Shown here: positions 1 to 8,755 of the stretch, in pieces
Layout: the number at the start of each line of letters is the position of its first letter
How positions within the stretch are numbered: position 1 is the first letter of the stretch
Origin: Chthoniobacterales bacterium
GTDB lineage: Bacteria; Verrucomicrobiota; Verrucomicrobiia; Chthoniobacterales; JBKEAD01
Reading direction: 5' to 3'
Length of the DNA stretch: 45,434 nucleotides
Assembly (NCBI GenBank): GCA_047973165.1
Contig: JBKEBM010000227.1
Location: 1 to 45,434, forward strand
The notes under the pieces: model-generated
Seen by the model: the letters and a program-made list of their open reading frames with translations, nothing else
The model's database searches: none
What the model was told of the DNA's origin: nothing
Made by a program: the position numbers and the translations under genes

Positions 1-671
1 GAATACTCATCCTGGGCAGTATTAATCCCCAGACAAAGGCTGATGCGATCTGCCGGCTGTCGTGCGATTTGTCGTGCCACGACCTGCTCCATTTTACACT
101 GGCCGTTGAAGCCAAGATTGAGGAGGTCCCAGTTTTTTTCGCGAGCCACAATCGCCGGCCAGGTGAACCCGCCGCCTGTTGCCCCGGTGCACTGAGTAAG
201 TGAACTTCCGTGCGTCAGCCAGCGTAATCGCGGGGGTGCCGGTTCTGCTACGGCTCCGTCAGTAAGCGAAAGCTCATGCAGAACGATTTTTGACGTTCCT
301 GGAAAATAAATATCCACAATTTTTTCACCTGTTAGCAACCTGTTTATCGCCAGAGCATAGCGTGCAGAGTCCGGCCCTTTTCCTCTGTAGTTAAACGAAG
401 TAAACAGTTTTTCATCGACGAAAACATCCGCGATATTGTTCTCTTCTGCAATCGGCTCCACTGTAAGCTCCAGGCGTAAATTTACAGCATTCGTCCGGCA
501 GCGAATCCGAACCCCGGATGGACGACTCGCTGCAGTCAACAAAGCTTCATGGATAAAAGCCTGATCTGCCAGGTCCAGGCGAATCGGAGAAAAGCCGTCA
601 GGCGATTTTTCCTCTAAAGTAAGTGCCCCAACAACAAGTGATTTCAGATTTTCAGTGGAGAGAATATTCAT
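1..671 (-). CDS. SGNH/GDSL-type hydrolase, paralog A. The 3' end runs off the window and it is absent from the ORF track.
   Basis: Hand translation from the ATG (cat at 669-671) gives MNILSTENLKSLVVGALTLEEKSPDGFSPIRLDLADQAFIHEALL...RWLTHGSSLTQC...GFTWPAIVAREKNWDLLNLGFNGQCKMEQVVARQIARQPADRISLCLGIN. The frame is open to position 1. It is collinear with ORF 703..1722 apart from at least one 1-codon indel. Confidence 0.7.
   Translation of the reverse strand, partial: MNILSTENLKSLVVGALTLEEKSPDGFSPIRLDLADQAFIHEALLTAASRPSGVRIRCRTNAVNLRLELTVEPIAEENNIADVFVDEKLFTSFNYRGKGPDSARYALAINRLLTGEKIVDIYFPGTSKIVLHELSLTDGAVAEPAPPRLRWLTHGSSLTQCTGATGGGFTWPAIVAREKNWDLLNLGFNGQCKMEQVVARQIARQPADRISLCLGINTAQDEY
28..170. 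repeat. Near-identical DNA patch shared by the tandem hydrolase paralogs (copy in paralog A)
   Basis: Hand alignment of 28-170 against 1076-1218 gives 10 mismatches in 143 nt with no gaps, and only 4 mismatches in the first 99 nt. Identity is about one half in the 20 nt immediately on each side. Confidence 0.8.
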
Positions 672-702
672 ATTTTTGAATTGAAGGTTTAAGAACTGCC
701 AA

Positions 703-1722
703 TCAGCCCCAGGCCGCCGGGGCATGCTCCAGGAATCTTGCACCCATTAGTTTGATCCCGTCTGCATCAGGATGCAGTTCGTCGGGCATCTGGTCTTCGT
801 CACCCGGGCCGATGATCTTTAACCCATCAAGATAGTAGATGTTACTATCCCCGGCCGCCTGAAATTTTTCGACAGCCGCTTTTAACGCTTCGCGCATCGT
901 CGTAAGACTCATCATCAGCTCTCCCTCGTCTTCAACCTTTTCGCGCGGCGGACTTAAAATCGGAGAAATAATCAGCAGAGGCGTTTCAGGGTGTCCCTCA
1001 CGAACTGTCATAATGAATCCCTCTGCAGTCGATGCCCAGACACGTTTCGAATACTCGCCGTTAGTCGTATTGATTCCCAGACAAAGGCTGATGCGATCCG
1101 CCGGCTGTCGTGCGATTTGTCGTGCCACGACCTGCTCCATTTTGCACTGGCCGCCGAAGCCAAGATTGAGGAGGCACCAGTTTTTTTCACGAGCCACAAT
1201 CGCAGGCCAGGTAAATCCACCACTCGCAGCAGCACGGCAATTTGTAATAGAGCTTCCATGTGTCAGCCAGCGTGGACGCGGAGGCGCAGTCACTGCCACA
1301 GCTCCCTCATTGAGCGAAAGTGTATGTAGGATAAGCTTTGCCGTCGCAGGAAAATAAATATCCACAATCTTATTTCCGGCAGCCAGTTCATTTACGGCCA
1401 AAGCGTAACGCACAGGGTCAGATTCATTTCCTTTGCAGTTGAATGAAGTGTGAAGTTTTTCATCGATGAAAATATCCACGATATTGTTTTCTTCTCCCCA
1501 GCCTGGTTCCACCGTAAGTTCCAGGCTCAAACTCACCGCATCCGTCCTATAGCGAACCCGAACACCGGATGGACGACTCGCCGAATAAAGCAAATCTTCA
1601 TGAATAAAAGCCTGATCCGCTAAATCCAGGCGAATCGGAGAAAAGCCATCCGGGACTCTTTCCTCCAAAGCAAGTGAACCAACGACCAGCGATTTTAAAT
1701 GTCCAAGCGAGAGGGCTTTCAT
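703..1722 (-). CDS. SGNH/GDSL-type hydrolase, paralog B, with a ~160-aa N-terminal non-catalytic domain
   Basis: SGNH blocks are present: WLTHGSSITNC (block I Ser), LCLGINT (block III GxN) and MPDELHPD (block V DxxH). The start is set at the Met (MKALSLGHLKSLVV) that aligns with the start of paralog A. The track ORF extends to 1767. Confidence 0.7.
   Translation of the reverse strand: MKALSLGHLKSLVVGSLALEERVPDGFSPIRLDLADQAFIHEDLLYSASRPSGVRVRYRTDAVSLSLELTVEPGWGEENNIVDIFIDEKLHTSFNCKGNESDPVRYALAVNELAAGNKIVDIYFPATAKLILHTLSLNEGAVAVTAPPRPRWLTHGSSITNCRAAASGGFTWPAIVAREKNWCLLNLGFGGQCKMEQVVARQIARQPADRISLCLGINTTNGEYSKRVWASTAEGFIMTVREGHPETPLLIISPILSPPREKVEDEGELMMSLTTMREALKAAVEKFQAAGDSNIYYLDGLKIIGPGDEDQMPDELHPDADGIKLMGARFLEHAPAAWG
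1076..1218. repeat. Near-identical DNA patch shared by the tandem hydrolase paralogs (copy in paralog B)
   Basis: Partner of 28-170; same hand alignment. Confidence 0.8.
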
Positions 1723-1879
1723 TTTCATTATTACGAGGATACAACTACGAAGCTCCGAAAAGGTCAAATTTTCCCTGCAACCCGTTTCTGGGTGAATTCC
1801 TCCTTTTTAAATCTGTATTCCATCTCAAAAAAATCTCGGTATCGACAAAGCGTCTGCCCCTCTCCTACTATCTTTCTCA

Positions 1880-2980
1880 ATGTCATCCACTCATCGCGGT
1901 CAGCTTTTACTCATCGGAATTCCCGGAAAAACTATTGATCCTGAAACTGCCGACCTTATCCGTCGCATTCAGCCAGGCGGCTTCATCCTCTTCGGTCGCA
2001 ATATCGAAACGGCACCGCAGCTTCGCCAGCTTACAGACGATCTTCGCAGCCTCAGCAAAATCGAACCCATTATCACCATTGACCAGGAGGGTGGGCGCGT
2101 CTCCCGCCTGAAACTCATCGGCCAGGAACCACCGAATGCTCAACAGCTCCGCGAAAAAGGAGAGCGCGAACTCATTCGCCGCCACGGCGAACTCACAGCC
2201 GATCTCCTCCGGCTCTTTGGTTTCAACCTCGACCTCTGCCCCGTGCTCGACATCTCCTTTGACGACGAAGCTGACAACTCTCTGCGCGGACGCTGCTACG
2301 GAACCGACGTCGCCCAGGTCATCGATTTCGCCGGCACCTTCAACTCTGCTTTGCAAAACGGCGGCATCCTGAGTTGCGGAAAACATTTCCCCGGCTACTC
2401 TGCCGCAACCAATGATCCCCACCACGATCTCCCCGTGCTTGATCGCCCGCGCGAGCTAATGGAAGCGCACGAGCTTGCCGTCTTCCGGCACTTCGCCGAC
2501 AAAATCGACAGCATGATGATCGGACACATCAACTACTCCGGTCTCGATAAAAGCTCTCTCCCCGCCTCGCTCTCACCCGCCATCATTACCGATCTTCTCC
2601 GTCGAGACATGAAATTCAAAGGTCTCGTAATGACCGACGACCTCGACATGGGTGCGATCCTTAACCACTACCCGCTCGATGAAACTCTTCGCCTCGCCCT
2701 TGCTGCCGGCAACGACCAACTCATGATCTGCCATCGCACGCATCTTGCCGAAAAAGCTCTCGAATTTCTGAATACCCTCCCTGATTCCGCTACGGAAACC
2801 GCCCTTGCAAACACCAGCGACTTTAAGAAAAAAATATCCCCCCCCCATGATTTCGACCTGGAAAATTTTGCCGCACTCGATCGCGGCGTCTGGGACCTCC
2901 GTGTCGCCACTCTCGGCGAAGAACGTGCCGCTCAGCGTAGTCCGGAAGACGGCAAGCGCTCCCCCGTTGAAGTTTATTAG
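1880..2980 (+). CDS. nagZ: Beta-N-acetylhexosaminidase, glycoside hydrolase family 3 (NagZ type)
   Basis: LLLIGIPG...PGGFILFGRNI, ITIDQEGGRVSRL, KHFPGYS and VMTDDLDMGA are typical short GH3 NagZ motifs. The 366-aa length also fits. Confidence 0.85.
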   Translation: MSSTHRGQLLLIGIPGKTIDPETADLIRRIQPGGFILFGRNIETAPQLRQLTDDLRSLSKIEPIITIDQEGGRVSRLKLIGQEPPNAQQLREKGERELIRRHGELTADLLRLFGFNLDLCPVLDISFDDEADNSLRGRCYGTDVAQVIDFAGTFNSALQNGGILSCGKHFPGYSAATNDPHHDLPVLDRPRELMEAHELAVFRHFADKIDSMMIGHINYSGLDKSSLPASLSPAIITDLLRRDMKFKGLVMTDDLDMGAILNHYPLDETLRLALAAGNDQLMICHRTHLAEKALEFLNTLPDSATETALANTSDFKKKISPPHDFDLENFAALDRGVWDLRVATLGEERAAQRSPEDGKRSPVEVY

Positions 2981-3374
2981 GCCCTGGCTCAAAGAAAATC
3001 GTAAGCTAAAAAGGTTTCGGCGTCTTCCGGATCGCGCTTCACCTCCGAACTGATTTTCGGTGTTCCCAAAAAAGAAAAGGAGCATCGCTTTTACCTCCCT
3101 CTCTATTCGGGACTTCAGAAAGTTGAACTCGCTTTTGATCGTAATTCCAAAGTGACTCCTTTACCTGCGCCTCGAAAAACGCAGCGACAAAAATCTTTTC
3201 TTTACTGGGCTTTCAGCGAATGGCCGAGGGATTCACTGCTCACCTCGCAGCGATCCGGTCGAGGGGATGAAGAAAGTTTTTCAGTGTTCAGTTCTCAGTT
3301 CATTTCTTCCGGCTTGCACAAAGCTGCCTTAAAGATTGCAAGAGGCAGAGCTTTCCGTTTAGGAATTTCTCCGC

Positions 3375-4685
3375 ATGCTGAATTATCTCTGGCTTGGTCT
3401 TGTGCTTGCTGCAGTTCTCCTCGGTGGCTTCACGGGGCGGCTTCCGGAGGTAGCGACGGGTGCCATCGATGCGGCAAAGATGGCGGTGATGAATCTCGCT
3501 TTGCCGCTGGCCGGGGTCATGGCTCTCTGGCTGGGGATCATGCAGCTTGCTGAAAAGTCGGGCCTCATTGGTCACCTGGCTATGGCACTGCGACCGATTT
3601 TACGCCGAATTTTTCCGGAGGTTCCGGCGGACCATCCCGCGATGGGGAGTATCGTGATGAATATGGCGGCCAACATGCTCGGCCTCAGCAATGCCGCCAC
3701 TCCGCTTGGTCTGCGAGCGATGCAGGACCTGGAAAAAATAAATCCGCATCCCGGCACGGCCAGCAATGCGATGTGCACTTTTCTGGCTCTGAATACTTCT
3801 TCGGTGCAGCTCATTCCGGCGACGGCGGTGGCAATTCTGGCTGCGGGCGGCTCTAAGGAGCCAACAATCATTATCGGAACGGCTTTTGCGGCGACGCTTT
3901 GTTCGACGATCGCGGCACTCATTGGGGTAAAAACTTTGCAGCACCTGCCGATTTACCGTCTGCCCGATCCGGAGCCGGCTCGGCTGGCTGAGATTAAAAA
4001 AGAGCAGGAGGTAAAACATCAGGAAACAGACTCAACGCATGCCCCTCTTTCTGTTTTTGGAAAAACGGCTCTGATTTTGCTGGGGGGATTTTTACTTTAT
4101 TTCGGATGGACTATTTTTGTGAATGATCCGGGCGCGGAGGCCCAGCCTGTTTTGACGGCACTGAAGGCGGTTAGCATCCTGGCCATTCCGGCGATTTTTG
4201 CTTACTTCCCGCTTTTTGCTGCGTTGCGGGGGGTGGCCGTTTATGAGGAGTTTGTGAATGGTGCGAAGGAGGGCTTTCAGGTTGCGCTCCGGATCATTCC
4301 TTTTCTTGTGGCGATTTTGGCGGCGATTGCGATGTTTCGTGAGGCCGGGGGGATAGCTCTCGTGGCAGCAGGGTTGGCTCCGGTGCTGGCCTTTCTGGGA
4401 GTGCCGGCAGATATTTTGCCGCTTGTTTTTATTCGTCCGTTGAGTGGAAGCGGTGCGCTGGGAGTTTTTTCAGAGTTGGTTCAGACGCACGGAGCGGACA
4501 GTCTGGTCGCGAGAATGGGGGCGACCATCATGGGTAGCACGGAGACCACTTTTTATGTGCTGGCGGTTTATTTTGGTTCGGTGGCGATTAAGCGGACCCG
4601 CCATGCTGTTCCGGCGGGGCTGCTTGCGGATGCCTGTGGTGCGGTTGCAGCGATTATTATTTGTCGGATGATGTTTGCCGGCTGA
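3375..4685 (+). CDS. Polytopic membrane protein with nucleoside-recognition (Gate) domains, a fused SpmA/SpmB-like architecture
   Basis: The N-terminus MLNYLWLGLVLAAVLLGGFTG...AIDAAKMAVMNLALPLAGVMALWLGIMQLAEKSGL is SpmA-like. The second half (GAKEGFQVALRIIPFLVAILAAIAMFREAGG...IRPLSGSGALG) is SpmB-like. The protein is hydrophobic throughout. Confidence 0.6.
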   Translation: MLNYLWLGLVLAAVLLGGFTGRLPEVATGAIDAAKMAVMNLALPLAGVMALWLGIMQLAEKSGLIGHLAMALRPILRRIFPEVPADHPAMGSIVMNMAANMLGLSNAATPLGLRAMQDLEKINPHPGTASNAMCTFLALNTSSVQLIPATAVAILAAGGSKEPTIIIGTAFAATLCSTIAALIGVKTLQHLPIYRLPDPEPARLAEIKKEQEVKHQETDSTHAPLSVFGKTALILLGGFLLYFGWTIFVNDPGAEAQPVLTALKAVSILAIPAIFAYFPLFAALRGVAVYEEFVNGAKEGFQVALRIIPFLVAILAAIAMFREAGGIALVAAGLAPVLAFLGVPADILPLVFIRPLSGSGALGVFSELVQTHGADSLVARMGATIMGSTETTFYVLAVYFGSVAIKRTRHAVPAGLLADACGAVAAIIICRMMFAG

Positions 4686-4694
4686 TGCGGTGGC

Positions 4695-5243
4695 TTACTG
4701 TGCGGTGGCGGCACCTTTCTGAACCCACTTAAAGGAATCGTCGGGCTGGGGTTCCTCGATCCACTCCCCGCCAAAGGAGCGGTTGCGCCAGATTTCAGCC
4801 TGGGCGGCCTGCACATCGGGGAGGGGGCGTTTTTCCTTTTCGGCGAGGGCTTTCATGATCTGTTTGCGGTCGGCATTTTCGGCGTCGATGGTTTTGCGCA
4901 CATAGTCGCCGTATTCTCCGGCGGGTTGTTCGAGAACACTCAGGAGGCCGTTTCGCCCTTCTCCGACAATGCGGGAATTTTTAAAATTCTGGATTTCGGC
5001 AGCACGATTTTTACGATCGACAACCGGGTTTGCAGCGGTTTGCTGGTCTTCTTTTTTTTGAGATTGGGTTCCTGCTTTTTTGGGGTCTTCGTGTTCGTAA
5101 ACGTCGAGGCGGACATTGATATCGACCTTGAGGGGTTCTTCGGTGGCGATGTTGACCGAGGGACCTTTGCAGCCGCTAAGGGAGGCGGCGAGCATCGTGG
5201 CGAAAAAAATCAGGGAGTAGTAGTTTGTGGTGAGTCTTTCCAT
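4695..5243 (-). CDS. Lipoprotein that appears to fuse a YnbE-like module to a YdbL-like (DUF1318) module
   Basis: Lipobox signal: MERLTTNYYSLIFFATMLAASLSGC. The YnbE-like part CKGPSVNIATEEPLKVDINVRLDVYEHE follows, then a polar linker. The YdbL-like part is RIVGEGRNGLLSV...DAENADRKQIMKALAEKE...GGEWIEEPQPDDSFKWVQK. The start overlaps the stop of the upstream YdbH-like gene. Confidence 0.6.
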   Translation of the reverse strand: MERLTTNYYSLIFFATMLAASLSGCKGPSVNIATEEPLKVDINVRLDVYEHEDPKKAGTQSQKKEDQQTAANPVVDRKNRAAEIQNFKNSRIVGEGRNGLLSVLEQPAGEYGDYVRKTIDAENADRKQIMKALAEKEKRPLPDVQAAQAEIWRNRSFGGEWIEEPQPDDSFKWVQKGAATAQ

Positions 5244-7450
5244 AGGTAGCCTTTGGCGTCGTTGGAATGCAGGTTGATCTCAAAGTTTCGTTTTCCGGTG
5301 GGACCAGCCAGTCGGAGGATAAGCTGTCCCTGGTCTTCGACAAACCAAAAATCAGATTTTGCACTTTCGTAGGGGTAGTCGCGGAGAGATTCGATGGCAA
5401 TGGTGCCGAGCTGTCGCTTGAGCTGAGACCAGTCTGCGGGGAGTTTTTTTAAAACTTCGTCGAGCTTGGTGATACGCATATCGCCGGTGCCGGTCGCTAC
5501 GAGATTGCCGACGAGGCGGTCGATACGGGTGGCGGCAGCGTCGATTTGTATCGAAAAATCAGCAGGGCCGGTGAGGGTCACGTTTTCGGGTGTCAGGATG
5601 TCGGTGAGTTTTTTCAGATCGATTCCGGTGCCGGTGATCCAGCCGAGCCAGCGGGATTCATCACCAAAGAAAAAATCGGCTCCGGCGGTGATGTAGCCGC
5701 CGTAGGCTTTGCCGCCGAAGCGTGCGCTGATCACCTGGCGGTCGAGGGTCGAGCTCAGCCAGAGTTCGCTTGCATCGTATTGGCGCCATTTCAGGTCGTC
5801 GAGGTAGAGGGTATTGACGAGGTTGCTGGGCATATCGGTGGGTGGGTAGGAAAACTGTAGTTCGCCGTGCAGATTCGTCAGATCGAGTTTCATCGAGGGA
5901 AAGGAAAAATCCTGTGAGCGGACTTCGAGGCTGCTTTTCAGCCGTAGCGAGGTCAGGTCGTCGAGGCGGACGTCGTTGACAGATATCTGAAAATTGAGGG
6001 GCAGGCCCAGGTTGCCGAGTCGTTCGCCCGCGAGAACCAGGCGGCCCAGGCTGATGTCGAGATGGTTGATGACCCAGCCGGAGCCCTCAGATTCCGACGG
6101 TTTTTCGGGTGTTGATTCTTTTTTATCCTCGCCGTCTTCCGGTGTTTCCTCATCGGGAAAATAGGCTTTTTTCATCGCTTCCATGTAAGCAAAGAGGTCC
6201 TGCGAAACGTAGATGGAGGGTGAGACGATCTCCAGTTTACGAATGTGTTTGTGCAGGATATCGGAGAGGGAAAAAGTGATAAAAACGCTGCGCAGAGTGA
6301 TTACGCGGATCAGTGGATCGGTGGGGGAGAGGACTTCGATATTTGCAAATTCGATGCGCTGCAATTCGTCTCCGAGGTCGGCGGCCAGACTGGAAAGAGC
6401 GATGTTTTGAAAGGAAGTGTTGATTGCCAGATCGATGTCCGCAACATCCGGGTGAGGTCCGTCAATCCGCGTTTTCAGGTTTTGAATGCTGATTTCCGAA
6501 ATGTGCCAGGGGTGAGAGGGTTTTGCCTCAGTTGCCGGTGGCGTCTGCTTTTTGGGCAATGTTTTTTCATCTGTCGGCTCCTCCTTTTTCGGAAAAAACT
6601 TTTGGAGTTCGGGGCCGAAAGTCACGCTTCCGCCTTCGAGGGTGATTTTACCCAACTGACGTTTTTTAAGCAGGTCGCGCAGAGTCAGTTCGGCTCGCAG
6701 AAGGTCGATCCATGCAAAGGGATTTTTATAATCCGGCTGATTGGAAGCGGAAACTGACCAGAGGATGAGTTCGTGCTTTTTGTCTGCAAAGGAGTCCTGC
6801 ATACCGACATTTTCCCAGTCGAAAGAGAATCGAAGGGATATCGCCAGCTCCTCCTCCGTAAATCCGTGGACGTAAATTTCTCCGAATTCACACCAAAGAC
6901 GTTCTATCAGTAAAGGGGGGATAATGTCTGAGGGGTCAGTATCTTTTTCGTCTGTATTTGTCTCAACGACGATTTCGGAATTGCGTGGTTGTGCTGCAAA
7001 TAATGAAAAAAGACGTGGTGAAAAATAGAAGACCGGATTCTCGAACTTCAGCTCGCGAATTTGCCCGTTCAGCAGGTCCATGTAATTAATGGCCAGCTCT
7101 CCCCGCTGCATGGAGCCGAGCACTTCACCCGTTTGCTTGTCTTTAAAAGCAAGAGACTCAACAACAAGATGGTCCCAGGATGAAAAACGCATATCCCCCA
7201 GTTCGACCTGAATGTTCGGCAGCGAACGATTCAAGGACCACAGCGCAATCTCGGGCAGTTTTTTTTGAAAAAGCCAAATCGAAAAAAGCGTCGTCAAAAA
7301 GACGAGTAAAAACATCACAAACACAAGCCGAAGCAAACGCCCGAAACAGCCCCGCTTTGCTTTTACTGTGGTACTTCCGCCTCCGGAGTTTGGTGAGCCG
7401 TCCGATGCAGGTGTTTCAGCAGAGTCGACGGATTTTTTTCTGGTTTGCAT
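5210..7450 (-). CDS. YdbH-like / AsmA-family inner-membrane-anchored envelope protein
   Basis: There is a single N-terminal TM helix (FGRLLRLVFVMFLLVFLTTLFSIWLF) and a long beta-rich periplasmic body. The C-terminal segment AIESLRDYPYESAKSDFWFVEDQGQLILRLAGPTGKRNFEINLH resembles the YdbH C-terminal domain. It is syntenic with the YnbE/YdbL-like ORF, as in the E. coli ydbH-ynbE-ydbL operon. Confidence 0.5.
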   Translation of the reverse strand: MQTRKKSVDSAETPASDGSPNSGGGSTTVKAKRGCFGRLLRLVFVMFLLVFLTTLFSIWLFQKKLPEIALWSLNRSLPNIQVELGDMRFSSWDHLVVESLAFKDKQTGEVLGSMQRGELAINYMDLLNGQIRELKFENPVFYFSPRLFSLFAAQPRNSEIVVETNTDEKDTDPSDIIPPLLIERLWCEFGEIYVHGFTEEELAISLRFSFDWENVGMQDSFADKKHELILWSVSASNQPDYKNPFAWIDLLRAELTLRDLLKKRQLGKITLEGGSVTFGPELQKFFPKKEEPTDEKTLPKKQTPPATEAKPSHPWHISEISIQNLKTRIDGPHPDVADIDLAINTSFQNIALSSLAADLGDELQRIEFANIEVLSPTDPLIRVITLRSVFITFSLSDILHKHIRKLEIVSPSIYVSQDLFAYMEAMKKAYFPDEETPEDGEDKKESTPEKPSESEGSGWVINHLDISLGRLVLAGERLGNLGLPLNFQISVNDVRLDDLTSLRLKSSLEVRSQDFSFPSMKLDLTNLHGELQFSYPPTDMPSNLVNTLYLDDLKWRQYDASELWLSSTLDRQVISARFGGKAYGGYITAGADFFFGDESRWLGWITGTGIDLKKLTDILTPENVTLTGPADFSIQIDAAATRIDRLVGNLVATGTGDMRITKLDEVLKKLPADWSQLKRQLGTIAIESLRDYPYESAKSDFWFVEDQGQLILRLAGPTGKRNFEINLHSNDAKGYLWKDSPQTTTP

Positions 7451-7483
7451 TTAGGGACGATTTAAACAAAACGTAATAGCCGT

Positions 7484-8431
7484 ATGTCGGCAATTTACCA
7501 AAGCATAGAAAAAGGAGAAGTTCAACTGGATGCACTCGAAGATGTTGCTCTCGGACTGCGTATTGAAATTTCGCGTCACGGTGCGGAACTGACCAGCTTG
7601 CAACGTTTACACCCGGAAAACGGAACTCGTATCCCGTTTCTTTATCGCGACGGGGATGTGCTGCCACCGAAGTCCGGTTGGGGGAATCACGCCACAGTCA
7701 TGGGCTATTTTCTCCATCGGCTCTGGCAGGAAAAATCCGTTTACTACGGCCAAACCATCGAGGGCGGCAACCATGGTTTTTTGCGACACCATGTTTTTGG
7801 AAAGCCTGCTGTGAAACTGGCCGATGCCCGCAGCTCTCTCACTTACCGCGTGGAGGCCGACGATATTCCACCACGCGCCTATCCGCTGGCGGTTGCATTT
7901 GAGTTAAAATACGAACTGAGTGCTGCTGGCCTGCGAATCGAATTTTCTTTTGAAAATCAGGAAGCCGAGCGCGAAGCTCACGTCAGCTTTGGGCTGCACC
8001 CCGGATTTGCGATCTCCTCAATTGAGGGTGCACAGGTTCTGCTGCCGCCCGGCGACTATATTCGCTACATGGCACCAGGAAATTTTCTCAACGGCCACAC
8101 CGAAACCATCTCGCACGCCGGAGGAAAAATGCCTTTTGAAAAAAGTAATCTCCCCGGCTCCTATTTACTCGGCCTGGAAAATCTTCCCAGCCGCATTATC
8201 ACGCTTCAGGACTGTGCCCGTGGAACTGAAATCGATCTCGATTTCTCGGAATGCCCCTACCTCACGCTTTGGAGCGACCTCAACCCCTTCATCTGCATCG
8301 AACCCTGCTGGGGTCTCCCCGACAGCAATCCCCCGGTCAGCTTTGACAAAAAAATCGGTATTCAAAGTATTGCGCCAGGCAAAAAACTTGTGAAAAGCTT
8401 TGGCATAAATCCGAAAATTGCTGAAAATTAA
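7484..8431 (+). CDS. Aldose 1-epimerase (galactose mutarotase-like) family protein
   Basis: The length is 315 aa. HVSFGLHPGFA and ICIEPCWG are the conserved His/Glu-containing segments of the aldose-epimerase fold. Confidence 0.65.
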   Translation: MSAIYQSIEKGEVQLDALEDVALGLRIEISRHGAELTSLQRLHPENGTRIPFLYRDGDVLPPKSGWGNHATVMGYFLHRLWQEKSVYYGQTIEGGNHGFLRHHVFGKPAVKLADARSSLTYRVEADDIPPRAYPLAVAFELKYELSAAGLRIEFSFENQEAEREAHVSFGLHPGFAISSIEGAQVLLPPGDYIRYMAPGNFLNGHTETISHAGGKMPFEKSNLPGSYLLGLENLPSRIITLQDCARGTEIDLDFSECPYLTLWSDLNPFICIEPCWGLPDSNPPVSFDKKIGIQSIAPGKKLVKSFGINPKIAEN

Positions 8432-8436
8432 AATCT

Positions 8437-8682
8437 ATGGGATTCATCCGCTTCATCGTTGGAATTATTGTTTTTGTTGCTCTCGTTTTCGGCTTCATGA
8501 CTTTTTTTCAATACGGAACCAACGACTTTACCGCAAATTACAAAGCTGAAGTCGAACGCTGCATCGCTCTGGTAAAAGGCTCCCCGGACTCTGGCGAAAC
8601 CTCTGCTGGTGCTGAAAAATCCCCCGCAGACTCCAAAGCTCCCATTGACAGAGCAACACAGCAGCCTCAGTCTTCTGAGTAA
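8437..8682 (+). CDS. Small membrane-anchored hypothetical protein
   Basis: One N-terminal TM helix (FIVGIIVFVALVFGFMTFF) is followed by a low-complexity Ser/Ala/Pro tail. It starts 6 nt after the preceding stop. No family was recognised. Confidence 0.4.
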   Translation: MGFIRFIVGIIVFVALVFGFMTFFQYGTNDFTANYKAEVERCIALVKGSPDSGETSAGAEKSPADSKAPIDRATQQPQSSE

Positions 8683-8755
8683 AATCCTGCCAACTAAAAT
8701 AGCAGGCTTCCATTAACCTTTTTTAAAAAACATCCCCTTTAAACAAACCTCTCCT

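Noticed and set aside
3152-3553. A 133-aa plus-strand ORF spans the intergenic leader and the start of the SpmA/B-like gene.
   Set aside because: It overlaps the real gene out of frame for about 180 nt. Its composition is Arg/Ser/Cys-rich and implausible, and it has no motif. The region is treated as non-coding leader.
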